The notes under the pieces are model-generated. The model was not told the DNA's origin and made no database searches. It saw only the letters and a list, made by a program, of their open reading frames with translations. Shown piece after piece: positions 59,772 to 64,000 of a stretch of 64,000 bases of DNA. The stretch lies in the NCBI GenBank assembly GCA_016935525.1, contig JAFGQU010000007.1, positions 9,057 to 73,056 of the forward strand, given 5' to 3'. Every line of letters begins with the position of its first letter. Position 1 is the stretch's first letter. The translations under genes were made by a program, and so were the position numbers. Origin of the DNA: Candidatus Omnitrophota bacterium (GTDB lineage: Bacteria; Omnitrophota; Gorgyraeia; Duberdicusellales; 4484-171).

Positions 59772-60426
59772 TATCGAGACTTCGACTCAGATGGTTTCCT
59801 GTGCTCTGGGAGATGAGAAAAAACGCATTTTTCGGTTTTCCCGGAATAAACCGCGCGCGGCATCTACCCTGATCGGTGATATCAAAAGACTGATGGATAC
59901 CCATAGGGCCACCTTTGCCGATATCGATGCGTTTGTCATCGGTTCCGGCCCGGGTTCGTTTACCGGCCTGCGTATCGGGTACAGTCTTGTGAAAGGGTTC
60001 AGTATCGGCGCCAATAAACCGGTAATTGAACTGGGCAGTTTTTTGTCTATCGTAACACAGCTCCAATCCGAGTATACCCGTATCGCGGTAGTGAGTGACG
60101 CCCGGCGCAACCTTTTTTACGGAGCAAGTTACCGTATTGCGAATAATAAGATCGTCCGGGTAAAAAAAGAGGGGCTGTATACGCCGAAAGAATTTATCGC
60201 TCACCATTCGGATTATGTATTTGTGACCTATGACGAACATATAAGACAGTTTTTAAATGAACAGGGCCGTAACCTGTCGGTACACCGGGGGTGTGTGTGG
60301 CCGGACGCGGAAGTATTGATTACCCTTGCCGGGCCGTTATATAATAAGAAAAAGTACGTAAAGTGCGATACACTGAAACCGTTATATCTTTATCCGAAAG
60401 ACTGCCAGGTGAAGCGTATTAAATAG
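59758..60426 (+). CDS. tsaB: t6A biosynthesis protein TsaB
   Basis: LSIETST, GPGSFTGLRIG, DARR, PLYL. Confidence 0.93.
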   Translation: MKLLSIETSTQMVSCALGDEKKRIFRFSRNKPRAASTLIGDIKRLMDTHRATFADIDAFVIGSGPGSFTGLRIGYSLVKGFSIGANKPVIELGSFLSIVTQLQSEYTRIAVVSDARRNLFYGASYRIANNKIVRVKKEGLYTPKEFIAHHSDYVFVTYDEHIRQFLNEQGRNLSVHRGCVWPDAEVLITLAGPLYNKKKYVKCDTLKPLYLYPKDCQVKRIK

Positions 60427-60510
60427 TATAGTCGATAGTCGTTGATCGATAGTATTTAGTGAAAAACGAAAACAAAAACTATAGACCAGAGACCAGAGAC
60501 CGGAGACTGA
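60424..60510. repeat. inverted heptamer array, TAGTC/GACCA family
   Basis: atagtcgatagtcgttgatcgatagtatt ... actatagaccagagaccagagaccggagactg. Confidence 0.75.
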
Positions 60511-60512
60511 AT

Positions 60513-61616
60513 ATGTATAGACCGTTATGGATCGAAGTTGACCGGAAAGCGTTAAAGAAAAACGTTTTAACGATTAAAAAGATCATCGGGCCGAAAGTGG
60601 GGATCATGGCTACCGTAAAACAGAACGCTTACGGTCACGGGCTCGTTCCTATTGCTCGATGTCTTTCTTCGTTAGGAGTTGTGTATTTTGGAGTAGGTTC
60701 GCTTGAAGAAGCGATCCAGTTACGTCATGCCGGGATAAAAGAGCCGATTTTGATTTTAACCGCATTACTGAAAGAGGGGATCCCCGAACTTTTTCGGTAT
60801 CACGTAACTCCTACAGTTACCAATCTGGACTTCGCAAAATCAGTGAATGAATACGCTATCCGTAAAAACAAGATCCATCCGATCCATTTGAAGATCGATA
60901 CCGGTATGGGCCGTATCGGTTGGTGGTATCAGGGCGCGGTCGCCGCTATCGTTCAGTTAAAAAAACTGACTCATCTGGAATTAGAAGGTATTTTCACGCA
61001 TTATCCGGCCGCCGGTACCGACGACCGGTTTACCCGCCTCCAGATCGGCCGGTTCAATGAGCTGCTTGATGAATTGTCACAGCGTAAGATCGATTTCCGT
61101 TATATCCATACGGCAAACAGCATGGCGCTTTGGAAATACCGTCACGCCCGGTTTAACCTGGTGAGGCCGGGTTTGATCCTTTACGGAATAAAACCGGACG
61201 AAAAGATGGATATCCCTCTTTCGCCGATTCTTTCTTTGAAATCGCAAGTAGTGTTTTTAAAGAAAGTGCCTCGTGGCCGAAGTATCGGTTACGGCCGTAC
61301 GTTCGTCACTAAATCCCCGACTCAGATCGCAACGGTCGCGATAGGATATGCCGACGGATATCCCTGGCGTCTTTCCAATAAAGGGCAAGTCCTTATCCGT
61401 CGTAGGCTTTGCCCGATACGGGGCCGAGTCTGTATGGACCATATTATGGTCGAAACAGGTAATATTACCGGAGTACATTTAGGATGCCCGGTTACTCTTA
61501 TCGGCAAAAACTCCTCTCACCGTATCGGTGCCGAAGATATTGCTCACTGGGCCGGTACGATTCCCTATGAGATCGTGACTCGCCTTTCGTCTAAAATCCC
61601 CCGGATCTATACATAA
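60513..61616 (+). CDS. alr: alanine racemase
   Basis: VKQNAYGHG, KIDTGMGRIG, GYADGY, GRVCMD, TIPYE; the ORF-track start lies inside a repeat. Confidence 0.96.
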   Translation: MYRPLWIEVDRKALKKNVLTIKKIIGPKVGIMATVKQNAYGHGLVPIARCLSSLGVVYFGVGSLEEAIQLRHAGIKEPILILTALLKEGIPELFRYHVTPTVTNLDFAKSVNEYAIRKNKIHPIHLKIDTGMGRIGWWYQGAVAAIVQLKKLTHLELEGIFTHYPAAGTDDRFTRLQIGRFNELLDELSQRKIDFRYIHTANSMALWKYRHARFNLVRPGLILYGIKPDEKMDIPLSPILSLKSQVVFLKKVPRGRSIGYGRTFVTKSPTQIATVAIGYADGYPWRLSNKGQVLIRRRLCPIRGRVCMDHIMVETGNITGVHLGCPVTLIGKNSSHRIGAEDIAHWAGTIPYEIVTRLSSKIPRIYT

Positions 61617-61679
61617 TCCTGAAAAATCTAATTCATAACATATTGCATTACAATTAGTTATATAATTTTACGCCAAATC

Positions 61680-61708
61680 TTGAAATTGTTTTCGAAATAT
61701 GGTATAGA
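61680..61708 (+). promoter_or_regulatory. putative promoter upstream of the riboswitch
   Basis: TTGAAA-17-TATAGA with TGn. Confidence 0.45.
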
Positions 61709-61749
61709 AAAGGTGTAGCAAAATCTTGTTTTTAAAGAACTCTTGAAAA

Positions 61750-61950
61750 TATGTTTTGAAAAAGGCAAACTAAGGGAAACCTTAGGGCGTCCGAAGATTC
61801 GGAATTCAACGTTGTGTTGATTTTGGGTCTCTTCGGACCCAGGAACCGTCCAGAACCGAATTTATTCTGGTTTTGCGGCTGGTTCTGGGCAAAGCTTAAG
61901 AGCCTAACGCCTTAAAAATTAAGGCAATGGTCGTCAGCTGCCAAAATGTA
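61750..61950 (+). ncRNA. c-di-GMP-I (GEMM-I) riboswitch variant with 100-nt insertion
   Basis: aaaGGCAAACtaaggGAAAccttagGGC-[100 nt]-GCAAAGC...gcctaa...tgg..gtcagctgcc; P1 tatgttttg/caaaatgta. Confidence 0.75.
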
Positions 61951-61965
61951 AGAAGAAGCAGGGAT

Positions 61966-61994
61966 ACCATAGCGTAAGGCTATGGTTTTTTTTT
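61966..61994 (+). terminator. intrinsic terminator (riboswitch expression platform)
   Basis: accatagc-gtaag-gctatggt followed by T8, lying between the aptamer and the start codon. Confidence 0.85.
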
Positions 61995-62025
61995 GTGTAA
62001 TGAGGATTATAAGTAAAGGGGGTGT

Positions 62026-62415
62026 TTGATGAGAAAGGTAACGTTATTTTTAGGCATACTTTTGTTACTTTCTCCTTTATCGCTCTGCGCTCAACAACAG
62101 ATGGTTGTTCCTGAGCAGCAGATGCAAAAACCGATGTATGAAGGAGGACCGGTAAGTAAGTTTGCCGACAGTGTGGCCGAGGTCGCTTTTTGTTGGGTTA
62201 ACGTTCCGCTCTCCATTGCCTATCATGCCGAAAAGATCGATCCGCTAAGCAGTGCTATAATCGGCAGCGCATCCGGTACGGCATTAGGGATAAGAGATGG
62301 GATAGAAGGCACACTTGGTGCTACATTCTGTATTGCCCCGCCGTATAAGAAACAGAAAACGGTAGTATCCCTTTTGAAAAAGTGGGACCGTGAGATACAA
62401 GAACGGTACTGGTAG
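62026..62415 (+). CDS. small secreted protein resembling the exosortase-system-associated TIGR04073 family
   Basis: signal peptide; GPVSKFADSVAEVAFCWVNVP...G...G...TF..P pattern (family match from recall). Confidence 0.6.
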   Translation: MMRKVTLFLGILLLLSPLSLCAQQQMVVPEQQMQKPMYEGGPVSKFADSVAEVAFCWVNVPLSIAYHAEKIDPLSSAIIGSASGTALGIRDGIEGTLGATFCIAPPYKKQKTVVSLLKKWDREIQERYW

Positions 62416-62440
62416 ATAATCTTTTAAGAAGAGAGTATTA

Positions 62441-62486
62441 TAAAAGATCCCTTGTCTTTTACAGGACAAGGGATCTTTTATTTTTG
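62441..62486. terminator. bidirectional terminator
   Basis: taaaagatcccttgtc...gacaagggatctttta 16-bp stem between convergent genes. Confidence 0.8.
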
Positions 62487-62499
62487 TACAAAAGAGGCT

Positions 62500-63588
62500 C
62501 TAACGGATCAGATTCAATCCGCTCAATCCCACGATCAGAAAAAATAATCCGGCCATCCAGGGAGCCAGAAACGGAAAGACCAATCCGGCTTTTCCAAAAG
62601 CGATGCTGGTGGAAAAAACCACATAATAAATAAATCCGACGATAAAACCGATGCCTAACGAAGAAAGTCCGGCTTTACGTTTTTTTATTTCTAACGCAAA
62701 CGGGAGCACTCCGATGATCAAAAAGATATGGGAAAAAGGATCGGCAAGTTTACGGTGAAATTCGATCACAAGGTTGTCTCCTAACTGCTGCATCTGCATC
62801 CTTTTAAGCCTGGCAATCTCCCGATGCAGGTTTTTAAGGGTCGTGAACCCTTCAAAAATAGATTTTTTGATGACCAGGTTTTCCGGCTGTTCATCGAGAT
62901 CGATTATTTTTTCTTTCCAGTAAAACGGCGTTTCGACAAAAGCGCCTTCGGCATCGACGTTGTAACTGACCACGTCGCTGGCAATCCATACTCCTTTGAT
63001 AAAAGTGATCCTCCGGGCAACCATTTTTTCAGCGATCGATCCATTCGGCGATTCTTTAAAGATGATCACATCCAAAAGCGATTTATCTTGAGGGATAAAC
63101 CGGGAAATGAAGTAAAGCAGGTTTTTATCGCGAAAGGCTATATTGCGTTGTTCTTTGTAGGAAGGATTTTTTTGAGTTAAATATTCCAGTTTGATGTCTT
63201 CGGCCTGTCGTTGCGTATCGAGGAGCAGATTTTCCTGCAGGTAGAGCGCGCCACTGGAGACCAGAAAGGCAAAAGCGATGATCGGTAATGCCATTTTCAG
63301 GATACTGATCCCCATCGTACGCATCCCCAGGATCTCGTTGTGACGGTTGAGTTCCGTAAAAGTATAGAGTGTGCTGATCAGAAGTGAAAAAGGGCTGACC
63401 CGCAGAAAAATAAGCGGTAAGGTCAATACATAGTACCGTAACAATATTTCCCATCTGATCCCGGCCCGCAGGAAATCGCTTAGGTTAGAGAATAAATCGA
63501 TGACCACATAGAGGCCCATGAATGCCGCAAGGATCAACAGGTACCCTTTTACCACTTTACTGAGGATATATTTATCGACGATGTACAT
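62500..63588 (-). CDS. lptG: LPS export ABC permease LptG family
   Basis: IVDKYI N-terminus, HNEILGMRTMGIS, 3+3 TM with periplasmic domain, LAPW. Confidence 0.8.
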   Translation of the reverse strand: MYIVDKYILSKVVKGYLLILAAFMGLYVVIDLFSNLSDFLRAGIRWEILLRYYVLTLPLIFLRVSPFSLLISTLYTFTELNRHNEILGMRTMGISILKMALPIIAFAFLVSSGALYLQENLLLDTQRQAEDIKLEYLTQKNPSYKEQRNIAFRDKNLLYFISRFIPQDKSLLDVIIFKESPNGSIAEKMVARRITFIKGVWIASDVVSYNVDAEGAFVETPFYWKEKIIDLDEQPENLVIKKSIFEGFTTLKNLHREIARLKRMQMQQLGDNLVIEFHRKLADPFSHIFLIIGVLPFALEIKKRKAGLSSLGIGFIVGFIYYVVFSTSIAFGKAGLVFPFLAPWMAGLFFLIVGLSGLNLIR

Positions 63589-64000
63589 TTTTGATCAGAT
63601 AGAGACCGACCATGACAAAAATAATATTAGGAAGCCACATCCCTACGATCGGCGTGAGCATCTTTGCTTCTACCAGAGTTTCTCCCAGGAGCAAGAACAA
63701 ATAATAGATACCGGCAGTAAAAAAAGCGATCCCGAAGTTGATCGATTTTTCGCGGTGACGGACAATAGTCGCGATCCCGAATCCCAGGATCACAAAAGTC
63801 AAGGGAGAAAAGGCGAATCCGATACGTTTATGTATTTCCTGGATCAATTCGTAAGGGACGACATCGGTATCCCGGAATGTTTTTATCCGGGCTTTGAGTT
63901 CTCTGATGGTCATGTCGGAAGTCTTTTTTTCGATTTTTTTGTTTTCTTCTTCATCCAGCGGGATGTCCATGAAAAAGACTTTGAAATTCAACCGGTAAAA
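63572..64000 (-). CDS. lptF: LPS export ABC permease LptF family (5' truncated by window edge)
   Basis: EIHKRI.FAF, GMWLPNI C-terminal motif; immediately precedes lptG. Confidence 0.75.
   Translation of the reverse strand, partial: FYRLNFKVFFMDIPLDEEENKKIEKKTSDMTIRELKARIKTFRDTDVVPYELIQEIHKRIGFAFSPLTFVILGFGIATIVRHREKSINFGIAFFTAGIYYLFLLLGETLVEAKMLTPIVGMWLPNIIFVMVGLYLIKNVHRR

Overview
A 64-kb chromosomal window from a diderm bacterium (lolCDE, mlaEFD, lptFG present). Nearly all genes are on the + strand and are housekeeping: metH, gpmA, gap-pgk-tpiA-secG, an opp-type ABC transporter, lysS, mcsA-mcsB-clpC, radA-yacL-ispD-ispF-cysS, tmk-holB-yaaT-metG-tatD and thiL-tsaE-tsaB-alr. This mix suggests a PVC-superphylum organism such as Ca. 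Omnitrophota (inference, not verified). No rRNA, tRNA, CRISPR array or transposase was found. The most interesting features are not in the ORF track. (1) An unannotated 27-aa peptide gene (2623-2706, MKAKKINKSTRSKKKLSRYCRSGRVLW) lies directly upstream of a radical SAM/SPASM enzyme, forming a candidate new RiPP system. (2) A c-di-GMP-I-type riboswitch carries an exact 100-nt two-hairpin insertion in its core, has an intrinsic terminator, and precedes a small secreted protein. (3) A two-hairpin leader motif with compensatory base changes abuts the RBS of two unrelated genes (gap and yacL). (4) A divergent tubulin/FtsZ-like GTPase has a histone-H1-like Lys/Ala N-terminal tail. (5) A REC-GGDEF protein has a C-terminal MshEN-like module. 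(6) About 20 intergenic spacers are filled with head-to-head arrays of 7-9-nt repeats from several unrelated sequence families; two of these enclose multi-hairpin junctions. All calls come from reading the sequence; no database searches were run.
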